A DNA stretch of 58,739 nt from Nocardioides sp. (GTDB taxonomy: Bacteria > Actinomycetota > Actinomycetes > Propionibacteriales > Nocardioidaceae). Where the stretch lies: the NCBI GenBank assembly GCA_035691135.1, contig DASSJR010000149.1, forward strand, positions 1-58,739, in the 5' to 3' direction. The translations under genes and the position numbers were made by a program. The notes beneath the pieces were generated by a model. That model did no database searches. It was given only the letters and a program-made list of their open reading frames with translations, and had not been told where the DNA came from. Shown here piece by piece: positions 47,637 through 56,882 of this stretch. Position 1 is the stretch's first letter; each line of letters opens with the position of its first letter.

Positions 47637-47723
47637 CCGTTCCCCTTCAACGTTTGTTGTTGGCGTGATGACTGCCTGGACTTTCGAGACCAGCGGATTC
47701 GGGCCCCTGCGGCGGACCTGGAG

Positions 47724-48119
47724 TCAGGCCCGACAGCTTGCGACCGCCTTACGGTACCCGCGGTCGTCCTCTAACGACGATTTGGTCTCGTTGATGGTGC
47801 CGCCGGGCACCGCGTAGAAGTGGTCGCCGTAGCGCACCATACGCTGGCCGGAGGAGCAGCCCAGCGTGTCGCTGGCCACGAATCCCTCGTCGGAGTTGCA
47901 GCCAGCGTAGGACCGGGGCAGTTCGCCCCCACCCTTCCAGATGTCCGCGCAGTCCGGGGCACCGCGGGAGGCGGAGGGGCTGGGCGACGGGCTGGCGGAC
48001 GACGATGGATCCGCGGCTCGAGGGGTTGGCTCTTCGTCCCCGCACCCCGCGAGCGCGAGGACGGCGAAGCCGGCAACTGCCGCGTACCGGGCCACCCCGG
48101 TGAGACCTCGTCCATGCAC
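47724..48119 (-). CDS. Hypothetical lipoprotein
   Basis: Lipobox LAGC, Ser/Pro linker, four further Cys; TAGGCT-N6-GTG. Confidence 0.75.
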   Translation of the reverse strand: MHGRGLTGVARYAAVAGFAVLALAGCGDEEPTPRAADPSSSASPSPSPSASRGAPDCADIWKGGGELPRSYAGCNSDEGFVASDTLGCSSGQRMVRYGDHFYAVPGGTINETKSSLEDDRGYRKAVASCRA

Positions 48120-48228
48120 GGAGGAAGCCTAGCCGCAGAGCGGACAACCTCGGCTTTCCGCAGGCCCGACGCGCGGGCGACGGTAGCGTTGGCCGCATGA
48201 ACTGCTCCGCTTCCCACGGGTACCACGC

Positions 48229-49497
48229 GTGAGCACCGCCCCTTCCCGCGTGTACGCCGCCCGGCTGGTCGGCCTGCCGATCTTCGACCCCGTGGGGGAC
48301 CAGGTCGGCAAGGTGCGCGACCTCGTGGTGGCGGTGCGGTCGGAGGTGAGCCAACCGCGGGTGCTCGGGCTGGTCGCCGAGGTGTTCGGGCGTCGACGGA
48401 TCTTCGTGCCGATGACCCGGGTAACGAACATCGACGCCGGGCAGGTCTACACGACCGGGTTGCTCAACATGCGCCGGTTCGAGCAGCGGCCGACCGAGAC
48501 GCTGGTGATGGGCCAGATGCTCGACCGCACGGTGACCATCCCCAGCACGGGCGTGACCGGTACCGTCTACGACGTCGGGATGGAGCAGGCCCGCAACCGC
48601 GACTGGGTCCTCTCCCGGGTTGCGATCCAGGAGCCCAGCAGCCGATTCCGCAGGCGTGGGCAGACTCACGTGGCCGAGTGGCGCGACGTCAAGGGCCTCG
48701 TGGGACGCGAGGAGACCCAGGGCGCCACGCACCTGATCGCCGCGCTCAACGACATGAAGCCGGCCGACGCGGCCAACATGATCCACGACCTGCCGGTGGA
48801 GCGACGGACCGCAGTGGTGGCGGCCCTCGACGACGAGCGGCTTGCCGACGTGCTCGAGGAGCTCCCGGAGGAGGACCAGGTCGAGATCCTCGAGCACCTC
48901 GACTCCGAACGCGCCGCCGACATCCTCGAGGAGATGTCGGCCGACGACGCTGCCGACCTGATCGCCGACCTGCCGCCGGAGACCGCGGCGACGCTTCTCG
49001 GTCTGATGGAGTCGGAGGACGCGGAGGACGTCAGGCGCCTGATGTCCTACGAGGAGGAGACCGCGGGCGGGATGATGACGCCGGAGCCGGTGATCCTCGG
49101 GCCGGACGCGACGGTGGCCGAGGCGCTGGCCCAGGTCCGTGACCCCGACCTGCCGGTCTCCCTGGCAGCGATGGTCTACGTGTGCCGGCAGCCTCTGGAG
49201 CCACCGACCGGGCGGCTGGTCGGGTGTGCCCACATCCAGCGGCTGTTGAGGGAGCCCCCCTCGACCCTGGTCGCGGCCATGATCGACAAGGAGGTCGACC
49301 CGCTCCGGCCGGAGGCCACGATCGACGAGGTGGCGGGCTACCTGGCGACCTACAACCTGGTCGCGGCGCCCGTCGTCGACGACGAGGGGCGCCTGCTCGG
49401 TGCGGTGACGGTCGACGACCTGCTCGACCACATGCTGCCGGAGAACTGGCGCGACCGGACCGGCCCGGGCGGAACCCAGGTGGTGGGCCATGGCTGA
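48229..49497 (+). CDS. MgtE intracellular N-domain/CBS protein with PRC-barrel-like N-terminus; no TM domain
   Basis: GDQVGKVRDLV; LADVLEEL...DDAADLIADL; TAGGMMT; PVVDDEGRLLGAVTVDDLLD. Confidence 0.9.
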   Translation: MSTAPSRVYAARLVGLPIFDPVGDQVGKVRDLVVAVRSEVSQPRVLGLVAEVFGRRRIFVPMTRVTNIDAGQVYTTGLLNMRRFEQRPTETLVMGQMLDRTVTIPSTGVTGTVYDVGMEQARNRDWVLSRVAIQEPSSRFRRRGQTHVAEWRDVKGLVGREETQGATHLIAALNDMKPADAANMIHDLPVERRTAVVAALDDERLADVLEELPEEDQVEILEHLDSERAADILEEMSADDAADLIADLPPETAATLLGLMESEDAEDVRRLMSYEEETAGGMMTPEPVILGPDATVAEALAQVRDPDLPVSLAAMVYVCRQPLEPPTGRLVGCAHIQRLLREPPSTLVAAMIDKEVDPLRPEATIDEVAGYLATYNLVAAPVVDDEGRLLGAVTVDDLLDHMLPENWRDRTGPGGTQVVGHG

Positions 49498-50002
49498 GTC
49501 CCGCCGCCCCCGGCTCGACACTCCGGCCGAGGTTCGCCGCCCGCTGGTGCGCCGGCCGGCCTACGACTCCGACACGTTCGGGAGCTTTGCCGAGCAGTTC
49601 GCCCGCTTCATGGGGACCGCCCAGTTCCTGCTCTACATGACCCTGGTCGTGATCACGTGGGTCGGCTGGAACTGGCTCGCGCCGGTCGACCTGAAGTGGG
49701 ATCCCTACCCCTTCATCTTCCTCACGCTGATGCTCAGCCTCCAGGCGTCGTACGCCGCTCCCCTGATCCTGCTGGCGCAGAACCGCCAGGAGCAGCGGGA
49801 CAAGGTGATCGCCGAGCAGGACCGGCAGGCGAACGCCCGGGCCCACGCCGACATGGAGTTCCTGGCGCGTGAGGTGGCGGCGCTCCGGATGGCGGTCGGC
49901 GAGGTGGCGACCCGCGACTACCTGCGCTCCGAGCTGCGGTCGCTGCTCGTGGAGCTCGACGAGCGCAGCACCAACTCCTACGCAGACGCGGACGAGTCAT
50001 GA
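49490..50002 (+). CDS. DUF1003 membrane protein
   Basis: DPYPFIFLTLMLSLQASYAAPLILLAQNRQ. Confidence 0.92.
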   Translation: MAESRRPRLDTPAEVRRPLVRRPAYDSDTFGSFAEQFARFMGTAQFLLYMTLVVITWVGWNWLAPVDLKWDPYPFIFLTLMLSLQASYAAPLILLAQNRQEQRDKVIAEQDRQANARAHADMEFLAREVAALRMAVGEVATRDYLRSELRSLLVELDERSTNSYADADES

Positions 50003-51051
50003 GCAGCCACCGAGACGTCCGTGCCTCCCGCCGGCCGTGGGTGCTGGCGCTGGTCGTGATCCTCCTGGTCACCGGGCTCTCGCTCGTCGTCCAGTCGGAC
50101 CTTCCGTTCGTGGGCGCCGACGCAACGACCACCGAGGTCGCCGGGCCCCCGGACGAGCCCGCCGAGATCGTGTCGTCGACGAGGTTCGAAAGGGTCCAGC
50201 AAGTGGTGCCGGCGCTGCCTGCTTTCCGGCGGGCGCCCAAGGCGCCGGAAGCCGCCCCACCCAAGATCACGTGCGTCTCCCAGGAAGACGTCACGCTCAA
50301 CGTGATGACGTTCAACATCCACGCGGGCGAAGGACCCCACGGCCTCAACCTCGAGCAGCTCGCTCGCGAGATGGAGTCCTGGGATCCCGACGTCGTCCTC
50401 ATGCAGGAGGTGGACCAGTTCCGCGGCCGCAGCAACGCCATCGACGAGCCGGCCTGGTTCGCGGCCAGGCTCGGCATGGACTACTCGTTCGGCGGCAACG
50501 GAACCTTCGGGCGCGGCCACACCGGCAACGCCATCCTCTCGCGGTTCCCGATCGTCGATGAGAGCAACACCCCCCTGCCCAACCAGCCCAGCCTCCCGGA
50601 AACCCAGCCGCGGGGCCTGCTGCGCATCGGCATCAAGGTGGGCGAGACGGAGGTGAGCGTCTACAACACCCACCTCCAACCCGCCTACGACAGTCTCAAG
50701 CTGTCCCAGATGCAGGTGGTCGGCCGCGCACTGGCCGCCGACTCGCGGCCGATGATCCTCGGCGGTGACTTCAATGCCGTGTCCACCTCGCGCGTGATGT
50801 CGGTCGCCCGCCCCTACCTGGACGACGCATGGGAATCGGTGGGCACCGGTCCCGACGGCACCTCCCCCAACGCGCACAAGGCCCGGATCGACCACGTGCT
50901 CTACTCGTCTCCGTTCGTCCCCGGCACCGCGCGGACCATCGAGTCCGCTGTGTCGGACCATCGTGCCGTGGGCGCCACGCTGACCCTGCCCGGCGACGGT
51001 GAGGTGTGTGTCCCGGTGTTCGACCAGGGCGTGTCCCAGGGAGACTCCTGA
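49999..51051 (+). CDS. Membrane-anchored or secreted EEP-family hydrolase
   Basis: MTFNIH, MQEVD, GNAILSR, NTHL, GGDFN, RIDHV, SDHRAV. Confidence 0.88.
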   Translation: MSSHRDVRASRRPWVLALVVILLVTGLSLVVQSDLPFVGADATTTEVAGPPDEPAEIVSSTRFERVQQVVPALPAFRRAPKAPEAAPPKITCVSQEDVTLNVMTFNIHAGEGPHGLNLEQLAREMESWDPDVVLMQEVDQFRGRSNAIDEPAWFAARLGMDYSFGGNGTFGRGHTGNAILSRFPIVDESNTPLPNQPSLPETQPRGLLRIGIKVGETEVSVYNTHLQPAYDSLKLSQMQVVGRALAADSRPMILGGDFNAVSTSRVMSVARPYLDDAWESVGTGPDGTSPNAHKARIDHVLYSSPFVPGTARTIESAVSDHRAVGATLTLPGDGEVCVPVFDQGVSQGDS

Positions 51052-51131
51052 CCGCACGGGCGCCTGGTTGAGACACAGCCCACCGCCATGCCGGTCGGGA
51101 AGCGAGGTCCGAGCAACTAGGCTTGGGCATC

Positions 51132-52298
51132 ATGAGCACCCGCACTCCCGAGCAGATCGAGCCCGACGTCCGGGCCGCCCTGGCGACCGTCAACGATCCC
51201 GAGATCAAGCGCCCGATCACCGAGCTCGGCATGGTCGACTCGGTCCGGGTGGACGGCGACGGCACCGTCCGGGTCCGCGTGCTGCTCACCGTCGCGGGGT
51301 GCCCGCTCAAGGACACCATCAACCGCGACGTGACCGCGGCGGTCTCCCGCGTCGATGGCGTCACCTCGGTCGACCTCGAGCTCGGCGTGATGACCGCCGA
51401 GCAGCGCTCCGGCCTCCAGCAGGAGCTGCGCGGTGGCCAGGCGCAGCGCGAGATCCCGTTCTCCCAGCCCGGCTCCCTGACGAAGGTCTACGCCGTCGCG
51501 AGCGGCAAGGGCGGGGTCGGGAAGTCGTCGGTGACCGTCAACCTCGCGCTCTCGATGGCCCACGAGGGGCTGAAGGTCGGCATCGTCGACGCCGACATCT
51601 ACGGCCACTCCGTCCCGGCGATGCTCGGCGTCGCGGACGCCCGTCCGACCCAGGTCGAGGACCTGATCATGCCGGTCCCCACCCCGAGCGGGGTCTCGGT
51701 GATCTCGATCGGGATGCTCAAGCCGCGCCGTGACCAGGTCGTGGCCTGGCGCGGCCCGATGCTGGACCGGGCGCTGGTGCAGATGCTCGCCGACGTCTAC
51801 TGGGGCGACCTCGACGTGCTGCTCCTCGACCTGCCGCCGGGCACCGGCGACATCGCCATCTCGCTGGGCCAGCACCTCCCCGGCGCGGAGGTGGTCGTCG
51901 TGACCACGCCTCAGGAGGCCGCGGCCGAGGTGGCCGAGCGCGCGGGGACGATGGCCTCGATGATGCACCAGCGGGTGGTGGGCGTGGTCGAGAACATGAG
52001 CTACCTCGCCTGCCCCCACTGTGGGCCCGAGCACCAGATCGAGCTGTTCGGCACCGGAGGGGGCGACCGGGTCGCCTCCACGCTGTCCGCGCGGTTCGGG
52101 TACGACGTACCCGTGCTCGGCCGGATCCCGCTCGACGCCTCGCTGCGCGAGGGCGGCGATGCGGGCAAGCCGATCGTCGAGGCCGACCCCACGGCTCCCG
52201 CGGCGATCGAGCTGTCCGGTGTCGCCGAACGGCTGGCCGGACGTGGCCGCGGCCTCGCCGGAATGCAGCTCGGGCTGACCCCCACGGCCAGGACCTGA
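51132..52298 (+). CDS. mrp: Mrp/NBP35 (ApbC) Fe-S carrier ATPase
   Basis: DPE..GCP N-domain; SGKGGVGKS; WRGPM; DLPPGTGD; ENMS..CPHC. Confidence 0.95.
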   Translation: MSTRTPEQIEPDVRAALATVNDPEIKRPITELGMVDSVRVDGDGTVRVRVLLTVAGCPLKDTINRDVTAAVSRVDGVTSVDLELGVMTAEQRSGLQQELRGGQAQREIPFSQPGSLTKVYAVASGKGGVGKSSVTVNLALSMAHEGLKVGIVDADIYGHSVPAMLGVADARPTQVEDLIMPVPTPSGVSVISIGMLKPRRDQVVAWRGPMLDRALVQMLADVYWGDLDVLLLDLPPGTGDIAISLGQHLPGAEVVVVTTPQEAAAEVAERAGTMASMMHQRVVGVVENMSYLACPHCGPEHQIELFGTGGGDRVASTLSARFGYDVPVLGRIPLDASLREGGDAGKPIVEADPTAPAAIELSGVAERLAGRGRGLAGMQLGLTPTART

Positions 52299-52301
52299 CC
52301 C

Positions 52302-52637
52302 GTGTTCGACATCGGGTTCGGCGAGCTGGCGGTGATCGCCTTCATCGCCGTACTCGTCTTCGGGCCCGACAAGCTGCCGGAGCTGGCCAGGCAGGCCGGA
52401 CGATTCCTCCACCACGCCAAGACCTTCGCCAACAACGCGCGCGACGAGCTGCGCACCGAGCTGGGGCCTGCCTACTCCGACCTGGAGCTGCGTGACCTCG
52501 ACCCGCGCACCATCGTCCGCAAGCACGTCATCGAGGCCATGGAGGATGCGGAGGCCGAGTCGATGTCACAGGAGCGGCTGGGCTTGGGCCCGCTCGGGGC
52601 AGGTGAGATCCCGCCGTACGACGTCGAGGCGACGTAG
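52302..52637 (+). CDS. tatB: Sec-independent translocase subunit TatB
   Basis: MFDIGFGELAVIAFIAVLVFGPDKLPELAR...DLDPR...PPYDVEAT. Confidence 0.88.
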   Translation: MFDIGFGELAVIAFIAVLVFGPDKLPELARQAGRFLHHAKTFANNARDELRTELGPAYSDLELRDLDPRTIVRKHVIEAMEDAEAESMSQERLGLGPLGAGEIPPYDVEAT

Positions 52638-52658
52638 CCCCGCCCGCTCGTCGCTTCC

Positions 52659-53087
52659 TCAGCCGGTGACCGGCAGCGCCGCCTCGGCATTCCAGCGCAA
52701 CCGCTTCTTCAGCCGTACCGAGCCACCCCCGTGGTCGGTCTCGAAGCTCGCCTGGTCGGTGAACGCCGTCATCAGCGCTAGCCCGCGGCCGTTCTCGGCC
52801 TCGACTTCGGGCCAGTCCGCCAGGCGGTGGCCACGGGGGAACCCCGGTCCGGAGTCCAGGATGTGCATCGTCAGGTCCAGGTCTCCGATGTTGATCAACA
52901 CCTCGAAGTTCTGACCCGCCGCCACGTGGTGGAAGACGTTGGTGCAGGCCTCCGACAAGGCGACCTGCGCCTCGTGGACGCAGTCCGGCGCGACAGCGGC
53001 GATTCTCAGGCCCTCGGCGAGTGTGTGCCTGGCCAGCGACACACTCGCGGCCTCGGACGGGAGCATCATCACGATCTGGATGCTCAT
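52659..53087 (-). CDS. RsbW-like anti-sigma factor / HATPase_c protein
   Basis: LSEACTNVFHH, DSGPGF, AENGRGLALM. Confidence 0.88.
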   Translation of the reverse strand: MSIQIVMMLPSEAASVSLARHTLAEGLRIAAVAPDCVHEAQVALSEACTNVFHHVAAGQNFEVLINIGDLDLTMHILDSGPGFPRGHRLADWPEVEAENGRGLALMTAFTDQASFETDHGGGSVRLKKRLRWNAEAALPVTG

Positions 53088-53335
53088 CGAGCTACCCCTT
53101 CCCCGGGTTCAACAGGACAACGAGCGACGCCGAGCCAGCCCCAGGCGCACGCCCCCGGGCGCACCGGGCGCTGGACTCGCGCCACACATGGACGGACCTC
53201 GCCAATCGTCGATTTCTCGGGGCGAGGTCCAGGTCCCGTCACCAGCAGAACAGCCGGCGGGATACGTACGTCACGAGCATACCCCCGTGAGGGCAGGGGA
53301 CCACCGAGACAGACCGGGTTTTTACTACCCGTCCG

Positions 53336-54079
53336 TCAACCACCCCCACCCGGGGGGCGGTCCCGAAAGGCGGCCACAAGCTCGGCCGAACGCGCACGGA
53401 CCACCTCCGCTGCGACGTCGGTGAGGGGGCGACGTTCACCACGGGCACGCTGGCGAAGGAGTGCGAACGCCTCCTCCATCTCGACCTCGAGGGAGGCGGA
53501 CAACACACCCTTGGCCTGCTCGATGGTGACCCGGCTGGTCAGGGCGTGCTGCAGCTGCTCGTTGAGCAGGTCGCGCTTCTCGCTGAGTCGCCCCTGCAGG
53601 ATCGCGATGGTCGCCACGTCGGCCAAGGCCTGCCCGATCTTGACCGTGGCGGGAGCGAAGAGCTCCTCCCCCCTCGTGTCGAACAGGTTGAGTGCCCCGA
53701 TCACCCGGTCACGCAGCCGCAACGGCAGCGCTAGCACACTCGAGAAACCTTCGCTCGTCGCCGCGGCCGTGAAGTTCGGCCAGCGACTCGAGGCCTCGGA
53801 CAACATCGCGGAGACCGGCTCGCCGCTGCGGTAGCACTCGAAGCAGGGACCATCCTCGTTCTGCAGCTGGTAGAGGTCGAGGAGTCGCGCGCTCTCGCTG
53901 GACGACGCGGCCACCTGCAGATGGTCCTGGCTGTCGGCGAAGAGGAGGCCGGCCGCAGACACCTCCATCAGGTCGCTGCAGCGCTCCACGAGAAGACTGA
54001 GCAGGTCGAAAACGTCGAAGTCGTCGACCAGGCTGTCGGCGAGGTCCACGAACGTCTGCGCCAGCTTTTCCACATCCAC
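53336..54079 (-). CDS. GAF-ANTAR domain protein
   Basis: FVDLADSLVDDFDV; GPCFECYRSG; GALNLF; LTSRVTIEQAKGVL...AFALLR. Confidence 0.92.
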   Translation of the reverse strand: MDVEKLAQTFVDLADSLVDDFDVFDLLSLLVERCSDLMEVSAAGLLFADSQDHLQVAASSSESARLLDLYQLQNEDGPCFECYRSGEPVSAMLSEASSRWPNFTAAATSEGFSSVLALPLRLRDRVIGALNLFDTRGEELFAPATVKIGQALADVATIAILQGRLSEKRDLLNEQLQHALTSRVTIEQAKGVLSASLEVEMEEAFALLRQRARGERRPLTDVAAEVVRARSAELVAAFRDRPPGGGG

Positions 54080-54143
54080 AGCTAGATCTATCCCCTCGAT
54101 CCATCGTGTCCCGGGCCCGTCGTCAGATCAACCCCCCCCCGCT

Positions 54144-54851
54144 CTAGGAATCCGGCTCCAGGCGTAACTTCTTGGCCACGATCTGGGCGGCCACCTCCCC
54201 GATCGGGGTGTTGGTCGCGAAGGCGTGGGCGCAGATGCGGGCGAACGCATCTCGAGGGCCTACGTCCAGCTGCACCATCGTGACCCCCACCGCCTGGTGC
54301 ACGACCGCGCGGAAACGGGACTGGTCGCCCAGCACCCAGTCGGAGGCTGCCACCGGCTCCTGGCCCGGCGAGGAGAGCAGCAGAAGTACTGTCGCGGCCT
54401 CTGCCAGGACCCATGCGTCCCTGAACTGCCCATCGTCCAGCGGGCCGACCTCGTTCCGATACATGGCGAGCGTGCCCAGGTCGGCCGCGCCCATCCGCAG
54501 CGGGAACACAAACACGGCGCGCACGCCCTCGTCGGTCGCGGCCGGTGTGAAGCCAGGCCATCGTCCGTCCGAAGCGGCAAGGTCGGCCACGAGCACGCTC
54601 GTCCCGCGTCGCAGAGCCTCAACCGCCGGCCCCTCGCCCAGCGTGTCCTGAAGGTCCTCGAGCCGGTCACTCGCGTCGTCGGTGGCGCAGACCGTGCTCC
54701 GTGCGTCATCGGCGGCGATGCTGATCGCCACCCCGGTCACCCCGGTGACCTTCACGCACAGGGCACACAGGCGCTGGACGCGAGACATGGGCTCGTTCTC
54801 GGGACCGGTGTCCAGGAGTGCAGCCAACTCGGCCCAGCCGTGCGCGAGCAC
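54144..54851 (-). CDS. GAF-ANTAR domain protein
   Basis: LGEGPAVEA, RWPGF, VHQAVGVTMVQL...AFARI; GGAGGAGG RBS. Confidence 0.9.
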   Translation of the reverse strand: MLAHGWAELAALLDTGPENEPMSRVQRLCALCVKVTGVTGVAISIAADDARSTVCATDDASDRLEDLQDTLGEGPAVEALRRGTSVLVADLAASDGRWPGFTPAATDEGVRAVFVFPLRMGAADLGTLAMYRNEVGPLDDGQFRDAWVLAEAATVLLLLSSPGQEPVAASDWVLGDQSRFRAVVHQAVGVTMVQLDVGPRDAFARICAHAFATNTPIGEVAAQIVAKKLRLEPDS

Positions 54852-54909
54852 GCCATCGACCTCCTCCGCTGGGGCCTGTCGAAAACTCTACGCCCGGCGA
54901 AGTCCCTGA

Positions 54910-55443
54910 TCACCTACGGCTCTGGACCGCTGAGAGCACGGCGAATGACAGCAGGCGGGTACGGCCCGAGTCGTCAGTGCCCTCCGCGAAGTCCTTGCCG
55001 ACCCGCGACAGTACGACGTCGTGACGGCCGCCGTCGACCAGGTGGACGAGGCACCGCTCGCCCGCATCCGCGAGCCGGCGCAGCGCGGACCCGAGGCCGA
55101 GCCGGGTGACCGGCGACCAGGCCACCTCCGGGACGGACCGGGGCGACGCTCCGTGGACGACGGCGATCGTCTCGGTGCGCACGATCCAGTCCTGGCCGGA
55201 GCCGCCCAGCAGGCACCAGCCGGTGCCGACACGCTGGAGCGTGCCCGAGACCCGGCCCACGCCGCGCAGCTCGAGGGTCAGATCGCAGTCGAGCGAGGCC
55301 ATCAGCCGGCTGGCCAGCGTGACCTGGGCGTACTCGCTCCGGCTGCGGTCGGCGAGGTCGAGGTCGCGCTCGGCGTCGTAGAGCGCCTCGGCCTGCTGCT
55401 CCAGGTCGTCGAGGACCGAGAAGAGCTGCTCCTCCCAGCTCAC
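54910..55443 (-). CDS. Conserved hypothetical protein of the secA/LysM neighbourhood
   Basis: SWEEQLFSVLDDLEQQAE...TLASRL...LGSALRRLAD...RVGKDF; start chosen at GTG 55443. Confidence 0.72.
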   Translation of the reverse strand: MSWEEQLFSVLDDLEQQAEALYDAERDLDLADRSRSEYAQVTLASRLMASLDCDLTLELRGVGRVSGTLQRVGTGWCLLGGSGQDWIVRTETIAVVHGASPRSVPEVAWSPVTRLGLGSALRRLADAGERCLVHLVDGGRHDVVLSRVGKDFAEGTDDSGRTRLLSFAVLSAVQSRR

Positions 55444-55560
55444 GAAGACCCCCACATGTCCCGAACCTTCCCACACAGGTCTGCCCCTGTGGAGATCCTC
55501 TTGCGATCGTGGGTAAAAGAACATTGACTGACGCAAACGGATGCAAATGGAGTAATTGGC

Positions 55561-56259
55561 ATGGGTCAGGACACCGGGACGGCGTCACTCCCCCGCTGCC
55601 TGCTCGTCCTGCTGACTGCGACAACCGGCGCGATCCTCGTCGTGGTCCCACTGCTGCCCGACGTGGTGGCCCTCGGTCGGGCGGTCCGGTACGGGGCGAT
55701 AGCCGCAGCTGCCTTCGACGACGTGCTGGTCCAGGTCTGCGAGGTCGTGGTCGCGGCGTGCGCAGCCTGGCTGTGGCTGGCCACCGCCGTCACCGCTGCC
55801 GACGCAGTGCGTGGTCAGCGGGCTGGACATCGCGGCGTTCCCGGCGCCGTACGCAGCCTGGTGCTGGCCGCCTGTGGCGTCGCGCTGGTGGCCGGCCTCG
55901 GAGCACCGGCCCACGCCGGCGACGGGGGCCGGACGTCGCCCGTGGCGGGTCTCCCACTGCCCGACCGTGCAACCACCACCCACGTGAGCCGGGTGTTCGC
56001 CCGCGCGGCCGCCTCGCAGGACCGGGCCCGCCCGGGGCGGCGTGAGCGGGCCGTGGTGGTCGTCCGGCCCGGAGACACGTTGTGGGCCATCGCCAGGGCC
56101 GGCCTCCCGCCCCACGCGGATGCGGGTGCCGTAGCCCGTCGCGTGCGCGAGATCCACCGGACCAACCGCTCCGTGATCGGCGCGGACCCCGACCTCATCC
56201 GGCCCGACCAGCGGCTGCTGATGCCCCCACCCACCACGATCCGAGAGGAGCACCGATGA
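55561..56259 (+). CDS. Membrane-anchored LysM-domain protein
   Basis: TM segments; VVVRPGDTLWAIA...NRSVIGADPDLIRPDQRLLMP. Confidence 0.88.
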   Translation: MGQDTGTASLPRCLLVLLTATTGAILVVVPLLPDVVALGRAVRYGAIAAAAFDDVLVQVCEVVVAACAAWLWLATAVTAADAVRGQRAGHRGVPGAVRSLVLAACGVALVAGLGAPAHAGDGGRTSPVAGLPLPDRATTTHVSRVFARAAASQDRARPGRRERAVVVVRPGDTLWAIARAGLPPHADAGAVARRVREIHRTNRSVIGADPDLIRPDQRLLMPPPTTIREEHR

Positions 56260-56765
56260 GTCCGTTCCACGAAAAGGTCGTCCCGCTGCACGCGGTGGTC
56301 CCGGTCGCGAGCGTCCAGGGGACCCTCGCGCTCGATCTCCATCCGCAGCACGACCCGCCCGAGCTCTCGCCCGCGCAGGGTCGGCGCAGCGGCGACGTCG
56401 TACCCATCGACCACCGCGCGCGCACGCGGCTGGAGCAGTGGGCCCACCGCTACGCGCAGGCAGCGGTCGAGATCGTGGGCGGCGACCGCCCGGTCACCCA
56501 GCTGCTGCGCTGGACGGCCCCACGGGTCTACGCCGACCTCGCCCGTCGGGCCCAGCTCGTCGCGCGGGCGGCCGGGCAGCGACCGGGCCAGGGTCGGGTC
56601 CAGTCAGTGCGGCCGCAGGTGGTCGGCGTGCGCACCTGCTTCGTCGAGCCGAAGGCGGCCGAGGTCAGCGCCCACGTGCGCTACGGCCACCGGTCCCGGG
56701 CGGTGGCGCTCCGGTTCGAGGTCCGCGACGACCGCTGGCAGTGCGTGGCCATGGAATTCGCCTGA
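56256..56765 (+). CDS. Rv3235-family protein
   Basis: EIVGGDRPVTQLLRW...RSRAVALRFE...RWQC; ATGA overlap with LysM; GAGGAG RBS. Confidence 0.85.
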   Translation: MSPFHEKVVPLHAVVPVASVQGTLALDLHPQHDPPELSPAQGRRSGDVVPIDHRARTRLEQWAHRYAQAAVEIVGGDRPVTQLLRWTAPRVYADLARRAQLVARAAGQRPGQGRVQSVRPQVVGVRTCFVEPKAAEVSAHVRYGHRSRAVALRFEVRDDRWQCVAMEFA

Positions 56766-56768
56766 CCG

Positions 56769-56879
56769 CGAGCCGTCGTGAGTTACCACCAGTTCCCCGC
56801 CGAGCCGTCGTGAGTTACCAACCTGCCAGGTAACTCACGCCGGGTCGGCGGGGTTGCTGCGGTAACTCGCGAAGGGTCG
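56769..56879. repeat. Intergenic palindromic repeat array (REP/BIME-like), copy 2
   Basis: CGAGCCGTCGTGAGTTACC at 56769 and 56801; inverted cores at 56829 and 56861. Confidence 0.85.
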
Positions 56880-56882
56880 GCG

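Noticed and set aside
53088-53335. Canonical ANTAR dual-hairpin target
   Set aside because: No pair of hexaloops with A1/G4 found by eye
54132-54140. C9 homopolymer as a phase-variation switch
   Set aside because: Intergenic, just after a stop codon, and not evidently within a promoter spacer; no support from a single sequence
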